Origin: Thermodesulfobacteriota bacterium
GTDB taxonomy: Bacteria > Desulfobacterota > Desulfobacteria > Desulfobacterales > SURF-7
Direction: 5' to 3'
Assembly (NCBI GenBank): GCA_049320885.1
Contig: JBMORA010000043.1
Coordinates: 25,566 to 89,565 of the forward strand
Length of the DNA stretch: 64,000 bases
Shown: one piece after another, positions 10,424 to 20,417 of the stretch
Layout of the letters: each line of letters begins with the position of its first letter
Numbering within the stretch: the first letter of the stretch is position 1
Program-made: the position numbers and the translations under genes
The notes under the pieces: generated by a model
The model's input: only the letters and a program-made list of their open reading frames with translations
What the model was told of the DNA's origin: nothing
Database searches by the model: none

Positions 10424-11800
10424 CTACCGGCCGGTATAGTCCCCTGATTCCAGGTTTTCAAATCGCGTATAGGCGTTCAGGAATGCCAGAAAAGCCGTTC
10501 CCACGGGGCCATTGCGCTGTTTGCCGACAATGATTTCCGCCTTCCCGCGATTGGGGTTGTTTTCGTCCTTGTTGTACACTTCATCCCGATAAATAAAGGC
10601 CACGAGATCAGCGTCCTGTTCCAACGCGCCGGACTCCCGCAGATCGGAAAGCATCGGGCGTTTGTCGCTGCGCTGTTCCAGCATCCGGTTGAGCTGGGAA
10701 AGAGCGATCACCGGAACGCTCAATTCCTTGGCCAGGCCTTTCAGGGACCGGGAAATTTCCGATATTTCCAGATCCCGGCGTTCCCCGGACTTGCGCACCC
10801 GCATGAGTTGAAGATAGTCGATGATGATCAACCCGAGCCCTTTTTCCATTTTCAGGCGTCTGGATTTGGCCCGTATATCCATGGCCGTTATATCCGGCGA
10901 GTCATCGATGAAAATAGGCGCATGGCCGAACAGGCTGGCCGCGTCCGTCAGCCGGTTCCAATCCTCCTTGCTGAAAAACCCGCCGCGCAGCCGCGCGGAA
11001 TCAATGCGGGCCTCGGCGGTCAACAGCCGCATGGAAAGCTGTTCCTTGGACATTTCCAGGGAAAAAATCGCCACCGGCACACCATGGTCCACGGCGGCGT
11101 TGCGGGCGATATTCAGGGCGAAGGAGGTCTTCCCCATGGAGGGCCGCGCGGCCAGAATGATCAGATCGGAGTTCTGGAAGCCGGATGTCATGTTATCCAG
11201 CCGGGCAAAACCGGAGGGAATCCCGGTCAGCATGGATTTATCCGCCTGGCGCTCCTCGAGGGCATAAATGTTGTCCGTCACGAGTTCGCTGATGGGATGG
11301 AAATCCTTCTTGGTCTTTTTTTCCGAAATGGCGAAAATCGCCTGTTCAGCGGAATCGATGATTTCATCGACATTGCCGCGGTCCTCGAAACAGCTTTGAA
11401 CGATCTGGTTGGCGTTTTCGATCAGACGGCGGAGGGACGATTTGTCGCGGATGATCCCGGCATAGTGAACCGGATTGACCGCCAGCGGGACGGTATCCAG
11501 CAGGCTTGCCAGATAGGCGCTGCCGCCGACCTTTTCCAGCAGGCCTTTTTCCTTCAGACGGTTCGCCAGGGTTACCGAATCCACGGGTTCCCCCTGGGTG
11601 AACAACTCCTCTATGGCGGCAAATATGTTCTGGTGCGCTTTCCGGTAAAAATCCTCCGGCTTCAGGATTTCGATAATATCAAACAGCGTGCTGTTATCGA
11701 TCAGGATGGAACTCAGGATGGCGGCTTCGGCCTCAATGTTCTGGGGCGGCAGCTTCTGGAGAGCGATATCGGACTGGTTTTTCGGTTCCTTGTCATTCAT
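10424..11800 (-). CDS. dnaB: Replicative DNA helicase
   Basis: PPQNIEAE, AARPSMGKT, IDYLQL, DLRESG, KQRNGP; start set at MNDKEP rather than track start 11866. Confidence 0.97.
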   Translation of the reverse strand: MNDKEPKNQSDIALQKLPPQNIEAEAAILSSILIDNSTLFDIIEILKPEDFYRKAHQNIFAAIEELFTQGEPVDSVTLANRLKEKGLLEKVGGSAYLASLLDTVPLAVNPVHYAGIIRDKSSLRRLIENANQIVQSCFEDRGNVDEIIDSAEQAIFAISEKKTKKDFHPISELVTDNIYALEERQADKSMLTGIPSGFARLDNMTSGFQNSDLIILAARPSMGKTSFALNIARNAAVDHGVPVAIFSLEMSKEQLSMRLLTAEARIDSARLRGGFFSKEDWNRLTDAASLFGHAPIFIDDSPDITAMDIRAKSRRLKMEKGLGLIIIDYLQLMRVRKSGERRDLEISEISRSLKGLAKELSVPVIALSQLNRMLEQRSDKRPMLSDLRESGALEQDADLVAFIYRDEVYNKDENNPNRGKAEIIVGKQRNGPVGTAFLAFLNAYTRFENLESGDYTGR

Positions 11801-12008
11801 ACGGCTGCGTGTGGCATGCTGTTGCCGACCGGAGTCGGCGGCCTGCGGTTCGAATATCGCAGGCAACGATGGAACTCTCCGGAAAGAGCCGCGACGCTTG
11901 CACTTTTCGGCTCAACGATGCGGGCGGCTGTCCGCCCGCATGACGACATATGGGGATCACCATCCGAAAGCGTGGACGGGGTCCGGCCCTTTCCGGACGA
12001 ATCGGACG

Positions 12009-12452
12009 TTATTCCGCAACCACTTCAACGGTAATTTCAGGCTTGACGCCTTTATATACCCGCACCGGAATCTGGAAACTGCCGATGGTTTTGATCGGCT
12101 CCGGCATCAGCACCATCCGTTTTTCGACCTTGATGCCCTGGCTTTCGAGGGCGGTCATGACATCATGGATGGTGATGGAGCCATACAGCTTGCCTTCTTC
12201 GCTGACCTTGGCGGACAGCTTGCAGGTGACGCCCTCCAGCCGCTTGGCCATCTGTTCGGCTATTTCGCGTTCCTTGGCGATCTGCAGTTCCAATTTGACG
12301 CGCTCCAGTTCCAGGACCTTGCGGTTCTGGGGTGTATCCAGGACCGCCTTGCCCTGGGGCAGCAGATAATTGCGCGCATATCCGGCCGATACTTGCACCT
12401 CGGAGCCGATGATGCCGAGGGATTCGATGGTTTCCTTCAATATGACTTTCAT
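12009..12452 (-). CDS. rplI: 50S ribosomal protein L9
   Basis: MKVIL, GYARNYLLPQG, GKLYGSIT. Confidence 0.98.
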   Translation of the reverse strand: MKVILKETIESLGIIGSEVQVSAGYARNYLLPQGKAVLDTPQNRKVLELERVKLELQIAKEREIAEQMAKRLEGVTCKLSAKVSEEGKLYGSITIHDVMTALESQGIKVEKRMVLMPEPIKTIGSFQIPVRVYKGVKPEITVEVVAE

Positions 12453-12552
12453 AGGTTTCCTCCACTCCGATAAAACGTTTCCTTCTGAAACGGCATTCTA
12501 AAACGAATTGATACCTTCCATATGCCATGCGTCATCTGGCGACGCCGGCAGC

Positions 12553-13506
12553 TCAGCCAACGGGTTTTTCCATGCCCAGTCTTCTGAAATTCAACCAGAC
12601 ATCAAAAAAACCGATTCCGGCGATGAGCAATACCAAAAGCTGCTGCAGGACGATCAGGGCGTACAGAAAAACCCTCGCCGGACGCGGCAGTTGCTTTTTC
12701 TCGAAATAAAACGAAACGATGGCGATTCCTTGAAAAAAATACACCACCAAAAAAACAATAAAACCGTTGGCCGCCAGCAGGCGCAGGGTTTGTCCGGCCA
12801 GAAGCATCCCGAGACAGCAGAGGATCACGCCCCACACCAAAATCTCAGGCGATCTCCATTGATTCAGCGGACCGAAATCCCCTGCGACCATTTCCTTCCG
12901 GCGCAGGATCGGCCGGGCGATCAGGAGATTCATCCAGGTGACCACCAGGGTCATCGCGATCACCAGGGCCGGAATGATGCGCACGAAAATATACTCAATC
13001 CGCTTCAAGGAACCGGTGATCAGTTGAATCTCCTGCTGCGGCATGCCCATGTTTTCGTACAGTGCCACCGTCATTTCCATGTTCCGGCTCACGTAATCCG
13101 CAACCAGGGTGAAAAAACCCGTTTGCAGGGAATGGCTGTAGGCGGCCAGACCGAGAAGACCGGCGCCGATCACCACGCCGGTGGGGTAGAGAACGGTTTT
13201 TTCGACGGACAGATTCCGTTCCATGCATTCGGCCAGTGCAAAACCGATGAGCATCAATCCGCCAAAAAAAATGCGGTCAATGCCGCCGCTGCCCCCCCCG
13301 GTCATGATGACAGCCGTGACGGCCGCCACGACGGCGGCATTGCCCCTGCCGAGTTTGAGCCGGTAAAACAGCAGGGCCGCGGGAAGGAACAAGGCGAAAA
13401 AGAAACCGACCACCGGTATAAAAACCGCAATTCCCATGATCAGACAGGTAACGGCGATGCCACCGATGATTCCCCTCGAGGTCTCTCCCCGGGCAGCTTG
13501 AGGCAC
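12553..13506 (-). CDS. DUF2232/YybS family membrane protein
   Basis: Multi-TM, YFFQGIAI and GFFDVWLNFR; usual position between rpsR and rplI. Confidence 0.88.
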   Translation of the reverse strand: MPQAARGETSRGIIGGIAVTCLIMGIAVFIPVVGFFFALFLPAALLFYRLKLGRGNAAVVAAVTAVIMTGGGSGGIDRIFFGGLMLIGFALAECMERNLSVEKTVLYPTGVVIGAGLLGLAAYSHSLQTGFFTLVADYVSRNMEMTVALYENMGMPQQEIQLITGSLKRIEYIFVRIIPALVIAMTLVVTWMNLLIARPILRRKEMVAGDFGPLNQWRSPEILVWGVILCCLGMLLAGQTLRLLAANGFIVFLVVYFFQGIAIVSFYFEKKQLPRPARVFLYALIVLQQLLVLLIAGIGFFDVWLNFRRLGMEKPVG

Positions 13507-13541
13507 GCTTGCTTCTCCTTAACGCTTACGATGCCTGAATA

Positions 13542-13805
13542 TCACGAATCAAAGGCGCCGACATACGGCAGCAGCGCAATCGTCCGCGCGCGCTTGATGG
13601 AAGTCGTCAATGCGCGCTGATGGCGGGCGCAGGTTCCGGATATGCGCCGCGGAATGATCTTGCCGCGTTCGGTAATGAAATAACGCAGGGTCTTTGTATC
13701 CTTATAATCAATCATCAGGCTGCTGTCGGCACAGAAACGGCAGACTTTCCGGCGGTGGTAGAAATTTTTCTTTTTACGGGGTTTTTCGAATTTTTCGTCT
13801 TTCAT
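13542..13805 (-). CDS. rpsR: 30S ribosomal protein S18 (Zn-binding type)
   Basis: [28 protein letters not shown]. Confidence 0.99.
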   Translation of the reverse strand: MKDEKFEKPRKKKNFYHRRKVCRFCADSSLMIDYKDTKTLRYFITERGKIIPRRISGTCARHQRALTTSIKRARTIALLPYVGAFDS

Positions 13806-13816
13806 GGGACCATCCT

Positions 13817-14266
13817 TTATTCTTCGTCTTCGGTTTGTGTTCCGGGTTCATCTTCCTCGTCGGATTTTTCGGCATCCATGGCCCCCGACGACTTCTTCTC
13901 GACGCTTCCTTCAGCGGCCGCGGCCCGGGCGGTTTCTTCCTTCTGGGCCAGTTCCACTTTCAGTTTTTCGAGATCGACATCCGGATTCAGCAGGATGGTC
14001 ATAAATTTCAACACGCGGTCATCGATCCGGAACGAACGTTCCACTTCGTCCACCATGGCGCCGTTGCCACAGTAATCCATGCGGACATAGTGACCGCGAT
14101 TTTTCTTCTTGATCTCATAGGCCAGTTTGCGGCTTCCCCATACATCGAAAGTCGCCATGAATCCATCAAAACTCGAGACAATGTCCTTTGTTTTGCTGAA
14201 AACCTGTTCCCGGTCCTGTTCGCCCAGATCCGGATCGGTGATAAAAATGGTTTCGTAACGTCGCAT
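13817..14266 (-). CDS. rpsF: 30S ribosomal protein S6 with acidic tail
   Basis: [21 protein letters not shown]. Confidence 0.98.
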   Translation of the reverse strand: MRRYETIFITDPDLGEQDREQVFSKTKDIVSSFDGFMATFDVWGSRKLAYEIKKKNRGHYVRMDYCGNGAMVDEVERSFRIDDRVLKFMTILLNPDVDLEKLKVELAQKEETARAAAAEGSVEKKSSGAMDAEKSDEEDEPGTQTEDEE

Positions 14267-14269
14267 ACG

Positions 14270-14313
14270 CCTCCTTCTGGATATAAAGCCCTGAATTTAT
14301 TTCAGAGCAAGGA
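14270..14313 (-). promoter_or_regulatory. S6:S18 ribosomal protein leader RNA
   Basis: Minus strand TCCTT-GCTCTGAA-ATAAA-TTCAGGGC-TTTATATCCAG-AAGGAGG: TCCTT can pair with the SD, inner hairpin, CCR in the loop. Confidence 0.65.
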
Positions 14314-14371
14314 TAAAAAAAAGTCCCTTGGCTAAAAAACCTAAGTATTTAACACCGCTCAAAATGCGCTG

Positions 14372-16117
14372 TCAAGCTATTTCGATCAGCCGTTTTTCAG
14401 CTTCGGGCGTGTCCAGGCCCAGCGTCCCGCCGGGATTCATGATATTCCGGGGATCGAAATACAATTTCAGCGCTTTCAGAACGCCCATCTGCTCTTTACC
14501 CAGATGGGCCTCCATCCAGGGGCCGAACAGCTTGCCCATGCCATGATGGTGACTGATGGAGCCGCCATGCTGGAGGATGGCGTCGATGATCCCCTGGTAA
14601 AACCCGGTATATTCCTCCCTGCTGGCAGGCCGCAGGAGGAAGATGAAATATAGGTTTGTTCCGTTTGAATAGAAATGCGAGGCATGGGTCATGCACACGG
14701 TCCCCGGCCGGTTTTTGATATAGGACCGGACACCCTGATGCAGGGCATGCAGCTTGTCCCAGGTGACCGACGCTTCCACGGTGTCGGCGACAATGCCATA
14801 GTCCATCCAGTCATCCCGCATGAGGGGCTCCTTGTAGCGGGTTTTCTCCCATTTCTTGACGGGAAAGCCGGTGAGATAGAGCGCGCCGTGCTGTTTGGCC
14901 GTTTTGCGGATCATTTTTTTGACGTGGCCGGCATAGCCCTTTTCACCTTCCGCCGTGCCGATGCAGAGGCAGCGCTCCATGGGCTTGAGCCCGAAGCGCA
15001 AAAAGAATTGGTTGATGTAGCGGTTGTCAGCCCCGTACAGCTTGAGCCCCCGTTCCGTTTCTTCCGGGTCGGAAATCCGGTATACCGCCGGCAGGCCGAA
15101 TTCGCCCTGCATGATTTCACGGCTGGCGGATACGGCGGCCTCCCAGGTCGGAAACATGAAGGCGAATCGCCGCCGGTTTTCCGGCTGATAGCGGAATATG
15201 CGCATGGTCAGTTCGACCAGGATGCCGTAGGCGCCCTCGCTGCCCTTCATGATGTCATTGACCTTCGGTCCGGTGGCCGTCCCTGAAAATTCGTAGGTCG
15301 CAAAGTCTCCGGCGGGCGTCACGTATTCCTGGGCGAGGACGATGTGGTAGGCATCGCCATAGTAAGTCGAGGCCTGACCCGAGCCGAGGGTCACCACCCA
15401 CCCGCCCACCGAGGACAGCTCGAAAGACTGGGGGAAATGCCCGCAGGTATAGCGGCGTTTGGCCTGAAATCTCTCGGGCGCCCGATTCAAGGCTTCTTCA
15501 TAATCCGGCCCCATCATTCCGGGCTGCACAATGGCGGTATGATTTTCCTCATTGAGTTTGAGCACTTTGTTCATGTGGGTGCTCATCACCAGGGTGACAC
15601 CGCCCTTTGCCGGGGTCAGCCCCTTGGTCACGGAGGACCCGCCGCCATAAACATAGACGGGGATCCGCTGTTGGTTGCAATAGGCGACGATTTTTTTCAC
15701 CTCGTTTTTATCGCGGGGATGAACCACCAGATCCGAAACAGCGCCGACATATTTTTCTCGTAAATCCAGCACCTCGAAAATCATGGCGCCGTGGCTGAAT
15801 TTGACCCGGTCATAATCGTCGGTCGCCATATTTTCCCGGCCCACGATGGCGGCAAAGGCTTCCAGCTGTTCCTTGCCAAGTCCCGGCTTTTTATCAAGGC
15901 TAACGACTTCGTTGCCCTCTTTTTGTTTTATCCGGAAGTCCTCGTCCGAAAGACCGAAATCCCGCTTCATCATCTCGTACCAGGCAGCACTCGGATGCTT
16001 GAACTCGTTTTGTCGCCCCAGTTTGAAGATCGATCGATAGGATTTTTCCAAAGGCGGTGTTTCCGCCCAGTCCGGTACAAAGCGTTTTTTTCCTGCCATT
16101 GCCATTTTCCTTTTCAT
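14372..16117 (-). CDS. FAD-binding oxidoreductase, alkyl-dihydroxyacetonephosphate synthase-like
   Basis: YGGGSSVT, GHFPQSFELSSVGGW, GSEG, HASHFY, ISHHHGMG, NPG. Confidence 0.88.
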   Translation of the reverse strand: MKRKMAMAGKKRFVPDWAETPPLEKSYRSIFKLGRQNEFKHPSAAWYEMMKRDFGLSDEDFRIKQKEGNEVVSLDKKPGLGKEQLEAFAAIVGRENMATDDYDRVKFSHGAMIFEVLDLREKYVGAVSDLVVHPRDKNEVKKIVAYCNQQRIPVYVYGGGSSVTKGLTPAKGGVTLVMSTHMNKVLKLNEENHTAIVQPGMMGPDYEEALNRAPERFQAKRRYTCGHFPQSFELSSVGGWVVTLGSGQASTYYGDAYHIVLAQEYVTPAGDFATYEFSGTATGPKVNDIMKGSEGAYGILVELTMRIFRYQPENRRRFAFMFPTWEAAVSASREIMQGEFGLPAVYRISDPEETERGLKLYGADNRYINQFFLRFGLKPMERCLCIGTAEGEKGYAGHVKKMIRKTAKQHGALYLTGFPVKKWEKTRYKEPLMRDDWMDYGIVADTVEASVTWDKLHALHQGVRSYIKNRPGTVCMTHASHFYSNGTNLYFIFLLRPASREEYTGFYQGIIDAILQHGGSISHHHGMGKLFGPWMEAHLGKEQMGVLKALKLYFDPRNIMNPGGTLGLDTPEAEKRLIEIA

Positions 16118-16142
16118 GATTGATCCAGCTGCCCGTCGTTTT

Positions 16143-16874
16143 TCACTGTTTTCCTTCCCTGCTCTCCATGCCCAATGCTTTCAGAGTTTGCTCTTCCGCG
16201 AACAGCAACACCGCCAACATGATTTCCTTCGCCCTTACCGCATCCTTGTTTTTGAGGGCCTCGAAGATATCCCCATGAAATTGTCGGGACCGGGACCGGT
16301 TTTCCTCGACGTCAAAGTACAGCCGCCACAAATCCCCGGCCAGTGCGGTAAAGGAATTCAGCAAGATGACAAAGAGCAGGTTGCCGCTGGCCCGGGCGAT
16401 GAGGTTGTGCACGCGCCAATCCTTTTCCTCGATGGGCATGTCATCGCTCTGAAAAACGATCCGTTCCAAATCCCTCAGATCGTTTTTGCCCCTGTTCAAG
16501 GCAGCGCAATAGCATATCTCCGGTATGATCAATCTACGCAGATCCAGCAGATTCTTGAGGATGTTGCCGTTCAGCCGGCCGTCGAGAAACAGCATGTGCC
16601 CGGCCAGATTCAGGCTCCCGCTCTCCAGGAAATCCTTCACGAAAATTCCGTTGCCGTGCTTGATTTCCACAAGCCCCATGCCTTCCAGCCGGTGCAACGC
16701 CTCCCGGATCGTCGTCCGGTTCACCTTGAGCTGATCGGCCAGATCCCGCTCCGGCGGCAGCCGGGAGCCGGCGGACAACTCCCCGCGGATGATCTTGGCC
16801 TTCAATTGCTCCATGATTTCTTCATGGAGCCTGGTTTTGACGATGGGATTCAGCAGGTTTGGTTCTTGTTTCAT
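16143..16874 (-). CDS. GntR family, FadR-type transcriptional regulator
   Basis: LPPERDLA, VNRTTIREAL, HGNGIFV plus FCD-like C-terminus; start at MKQEP. Confidence 0.93.
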   Translation of the reverse strand: MKQEPNLLNPIVKTRLHEEIMEQLKAKIIRGELSAGSRLPPERDLADQLKVNRTTIREALHRLEGMGLVEIKHGNGIFVKDFLESGSLNLAGHMLFLDGRLNGNILKNLLDLRRLIIPEICYCAALNRGKNDLRDLERIVFQSDDMPIEEKDWRVHNLIARASGNLLFVILLNSFTALAGDLWRLYFDVEENRSRSRQFHGDIFEALKNKDAVRAKEIMLAVLLFAEEQTLKALGMESREGKQ

Positions 16875-16904
16875 CCTGTCCCCCTGGACGGCATTTTGTT
16901 GATG

Positions 16905-16923
16905 ATTGGATGGTCCAACCAAT
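16905..16923. promoter_or_regulatory. FadR-type operator palindrome
   Basis: ATTGGATGGTCCAACCAAT (one arm mismatch) 30 bp upstream of the regulator, downstream of minus-strand TTGACA at 16948-16953. Confidence 0.7.
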
Positions 16924-17225
16924 TTATAAGCATATCCCCGGATTTATTGTCAAGCAAAAAAAAATTGACCGCATGGGGCCAGTGATGATGAAGATACATG
17001 CGCCGGTCCACTTCAATAGTGTCTCATTTATAGGAACGATCCTTAAAATGGTTCCAGGTGACCGGCAGGGAATAAGCATAGACTTTGGTATGCTTGGCTT
17101 TATATGGTTCCAACGGCTCATCATGTTTTGATTTTTTCATAGTCTAGCGTGTTCATGTCGGCCAGCAGCTTTCTCAGGGTTTTCGCCTCGGGAAAGTTTC
17201 CGTCAATTTCCGATAATCAAACCAG

Positions 17226-17415
17226 TTGATGGATCTCCTGAACCGTGTCTGGCTGAGAGCCGGCAGCAGCGATGAGCTAAATTTACTGCTGAAAATTGGC
17301 GGCCGCCGGTTGGCGTTTGAAATCAAGCTGACATCCTCGCCATCCAAACAGGACCTGGATAAACCGTGCTGCACCGCTCAGCTCGTCGGCACCTACAAAA
17401 CCTGCCTGTCTCCCT
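17226..17415 (+). pseudogene. Remnant of a DUF4143 ATPase C-terminus
   Basis: LRAGSSDELNLLLKIGGRRLAFEIKLTSSP resembles the R..E.D...EIK tail of DUF4143 proteins; no ATPase N-terminus. Confidence 0.6.
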
Positions 17416-17591
17416 GCCCCGGACGGGTTCCATTTTCGCAAGCCTTGCCTCTTGAAAAGCCGTACCATGCTGAATCCAAAACTCTTGGCAAAAAAGCATG
17501 GCATGAAGTGACGTTTTCCCCCAATATCCGCATTGCGCAGCACCTCACGGCCATGCTATGCAGGTAATTGCCATTATAACCAGGAGTCGCC

Positions 17592-19310
17592 ATGCGTGTT
17601 GAGCTTGTAAGCGGAATAGTGTGTCTGTTCTTCGCCGTTGTCGTGAATCCCGCGGTCACGCATCAGCGGGTCCATGCCGCCGAAACCGGTCCGGTTCTTC
17701 CCCGGGCGGACGGCATTGCCGGCGATCTGGATAGCGACCGGGACGTGGACGGCCGGGATCTGGCTTTGTTCGCGGGGAACCCCGGCGGAACCACCCTTGC
17801 CGAACTTGCCGGCAACTTCGGCCGGGTATTTTCGGCGGCGGCCCCGGTAACCGAGCCGGTGCTGCGGTCCACCCTCCCGGCCAGCTGGGATGAAAACTGG
17901 TTCGCCTCGCCGGCGGTCTTTGATCTGGACAATGACGGCAATATGGAAATCATCGCCTCCCGACACAGCGTCCTGTATGTCTGGGATAATTCGGGAAACA
18001 GACTGTGGCGGGCCCCGGTGGGGGAAAACGCCACCTCGACCAACGATCACGGTTCCCAGCGGCAATATGCCTCGCCGGTGGTGGGCGACCTGGACGGCGA
18101 CGGCATGGGAGAGATCGCCATCGCCTACGGCAACCGGGTGGCGGTATATGACCATACGGGCATGCTGGCCCCGGGCTGGCCCCGGACGTTTCCGGGATCG
18201 AGCGGTGAAATCCGCTCCATCGCGGCGAGTGATCTGGACCTGGATGGTTTAGTGGAAATTCTGGCCGTCAAGACCTCCAACGGCCCGGTGACCGTGGTCT
18301 TTCGCATCGACGGGACTGTGGCGCCGGGCTGGCCCCAGGTGCAAAATTGCAGCACATGCAATGATTACGGCGGGTACAACCAGAACATCGGCGCGGCGGA
18401 TTTCACCGGGGACGGGCTGCCCGAAGTGGTCAGCACCTATGACATCTGCCATATCGGCATCATGAATGCCGGCGGCAGCCCTTTACCCGCCCATCCCATG
18501 TTCTCCGGCGATTATGTCAGCTCTGTCCCCATGTTTCACGATATCGATCTCGCCATCCAGGGCTGGGGCGCCGACGGCAACGACCGGGACGAGTTCACGG
18601 ATTCCCCGCCGGTATTCGCCGATATGGACGCCGACGGGTCCCCGGAGATCATCCTTTATTCGGATCATGAACTCGCCGGCGAATATATCAACCGGGGCAA
18701 CTGCCTGTGGGTGCTGAAAGCGGACATGACCCGGGCGGAAGGTTTTGAAACGCCCGTCTGCTCGGGGATGCCGCTGTATACCGGCTACCAGGACAATATC
18801 GTCCAGGTGGCCCCGGCCCCGGCTATTGCCCGGCTCGCCGGCGATTCCCGGCCCGCAATCGTCGCCCCGTCCTATGACGGCAACCTGTACTGTTATTCCG
18901 GCGGCGGCGACATTCTCTGGCAGTACCCGTTCGATTCAGACTCGGCGGAACCCTTCATCGGCGCTTCGGGTCCCGCCATCGGCGATTTGAATGACGACGG
19001 CATTCCGGAAATCGTGTTCACCACCTACTCCATCACCCAGAATGTCTCCCACCTGATCATCCTCGATGCCGCCGGGACCCAACTGTTCAAGACAGCCATT
19101 GCCAAAAGGGGTTCCATGAGTCCGCCCACCATCGCCGACGTGGACGGCGACCATCGATGGGAAATCATCGTTTCCTTGAAAGACACCATCGGCTCGGGCC
19201 TTGGCGGCGTCCAGATCTGGGACGTCGCTTCCGCCGTGACTGACGGCCATCCTCCTCCCTGGCCCACGGGACGCGGGAATCTGCTGCGGGACGGCCGTTA
19301 TCGGGAGTGA
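17592..19310 (+). CDS. Secreted FG-GAP/VCBS-repeat Ca-binding protein with dockerin-like motif
   Basis: Hydrophobic N-terminus, GDLDSDRDVDGRDL, about seven D[LFMV]DxDGxxEI repeats, C-terminal WPTGRGN. Confidence 0.85.
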   Translation: MRVELVSGIVCLFFAVVVNPAVTHQRVHAAETGPVLPRADGIAGDLDSDRDVDGRDLALFAGNPGGTTLAELAGNFGRVFSAAAPVTEPVLRSTLPASWDENWFASPAVFDLDNDGNMEIIASRHSVLYVWDNSGNRLWRAPVGENATSTNDHGSQRQYASPVVGDLDGDGMGEIAIAYGNRVAVYDHTGMLAPGWPRTFPGSSGEIRSIAASDLDLDGLVEILAVKTSNGPVTVVFRIDGTVAPGWPQVQNCSTCNDYGGYNQNIGAADFTGDGLPEVVSTYDICHIGIMNAGGSPLPAHPMFSGDYVSSVPMFHDIDLAIQGWGADGNDRDEFTDSPPVFADMDADGSPEIILYSDHELAGEYINRGNCLWVLKADMTRAEGFETPVCSGMPLYTGYQDNIVQVAPAPAIARLAGDSRPAIVAPSYDGNLYCYSGGGDILWQYPFDSDSAEPFIGASGPAIGDLNDDGIPEIVFTTYSITQNVSHLIILDAAGTQLFKTAIAKRGSMSPPTIADVDGDHRWEIIVSLKDTIGSGLGGVQIWDVASAVTDGHPPPWPTGRGNLLRDGRYRE

Positions 19311-19350
19311 ATGACCCCATGACGACAATGCTTCTGTAAAGGGAACGCAA

Positions 19351-20385
19351 ATGAATCGAACCCGCTACCCGGAAAATATTATATTGACGGTTTTCGTCTT
19401 CCTGCTCGGTTGCGGAATCGGGATAGAGGCGGGAGCCCGCCATGCGGAGACTTCCGGCCCGGGATCCTTGATCGAAGACCTTGCCGCCGCCCCGGAGGGG
19501 ATCGAACTCAACGGGATCGGCATCCGAATCGAAGCGGAATGGCAACAGGCCTTCGAGCCGGCCGCCTTTCTGGTTCGCATCAAAACCGACGGAATTCTGC
19601 CAGCAGGCTCTCCTTTGAGTTACCGGCCGGAAGCCAATCTTCTCTGCGGCGATGAGGTGATCGACGTCAAACTGGTCCGCCCCTTTTCATCCGACCGCCG
19701 CGGCTCGGCGCTGGTGGCGGCGGTGATGTCACAACCCGCCGCGGTGGTTCCGAAGCCGTCGGATTTCGTCATCCGGATGACGGACGGCGACGGGCGCATC
19801 CGGTATCTACGGGCGGGGCGGGAAAGACTTCGCCATCGTCAACCGGAAATCTACATCGCTTATGCCGGCGGTTCTTTCCAGGGAGACATCGCCGCCCCCC
19901 CGACCCTTGTTTCCCATGGCCTGATACCCATTCAGCATGATTACAGCGGCCTTTCATCCTGCATCGCCGCCGTGCTGACCCATCAGTACGCGGAAAAGGC
20001 CGGCGAGCTCACGGTGATCAACGGAGTGGCCGCCGCCTGCGATATGGCAATGGTGATGGAAAGGCTGGCCATTTCCCTGTTCGATATAAAGAACTACCTG
20101 AAGTCCATCGGATATTTAGGCACGGGTTATGAAGAAGCCGGCCCGGTATCGCTTTCCACCTTCGCGGAGGACGGCATCGATACCATGGCGCCGGTCATCA
20201 TGAGTGTCGACTACCAGGACTTCCGGCACTTTGTATTGCTCCGGGGATATGACCGGGAGCGGGTGTATATCGGTGATCCGGCCCTCGGCAATGTCGCCAT
20301 GACCTTTGAGGAATTAAGCTCCGTCATGGTACGGACGGATAACCGGCATTGGTTTTTTTTCGTCGTCCGCAAGAACAGCGACTGA
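19351..20385 (+). CDS. Exported protein with degenerate C39 peptidase domain
   Basis: Signal-like N-terminus; QHDYSG, SLFDIK, RHFVLLRG, IGDPALGN. Confidence 0.75.
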   Translation: MNRTRYPENIILTVFVFLLGCGIGIEAGARHAETSGPGSLIEDLAAAPEGIELNGIGIRIEAEWQQAFEPAAFLVRIKTDGILPAGSPLSYRPEANLLCGDEVIDVKLVRPFSSDRRGSALVAAVMSQPAAVVPKPSDFVIRMTDGDGRIRYLRAGRERLRHRQPEIYIAYAGGSFQGDIAAPPTLVSHGLIPIQHDYSGLSSCIAAVLTHQYAEKAGELTVINGVAAACDMAMVMERLAISLFDIKNYLKSIGYLGTGYEEAGPVSLSTFAEDGIDTMAPVIMSVDYQDFRHFVLLRGYDRERVYIGDPALGNVAMTFEELSSVMVRTDNRHWFFFVVRKNSD

Positions 20386-20417
20386 TGACGGGGCCGCGCT
20401 GTAAAACGCCGCCCGGT

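Noticed and set aside
17020..17125. Possible transposase fragment (KVYAYSL)
   Set aside because: Too short, no HUH motif or terminal repeats
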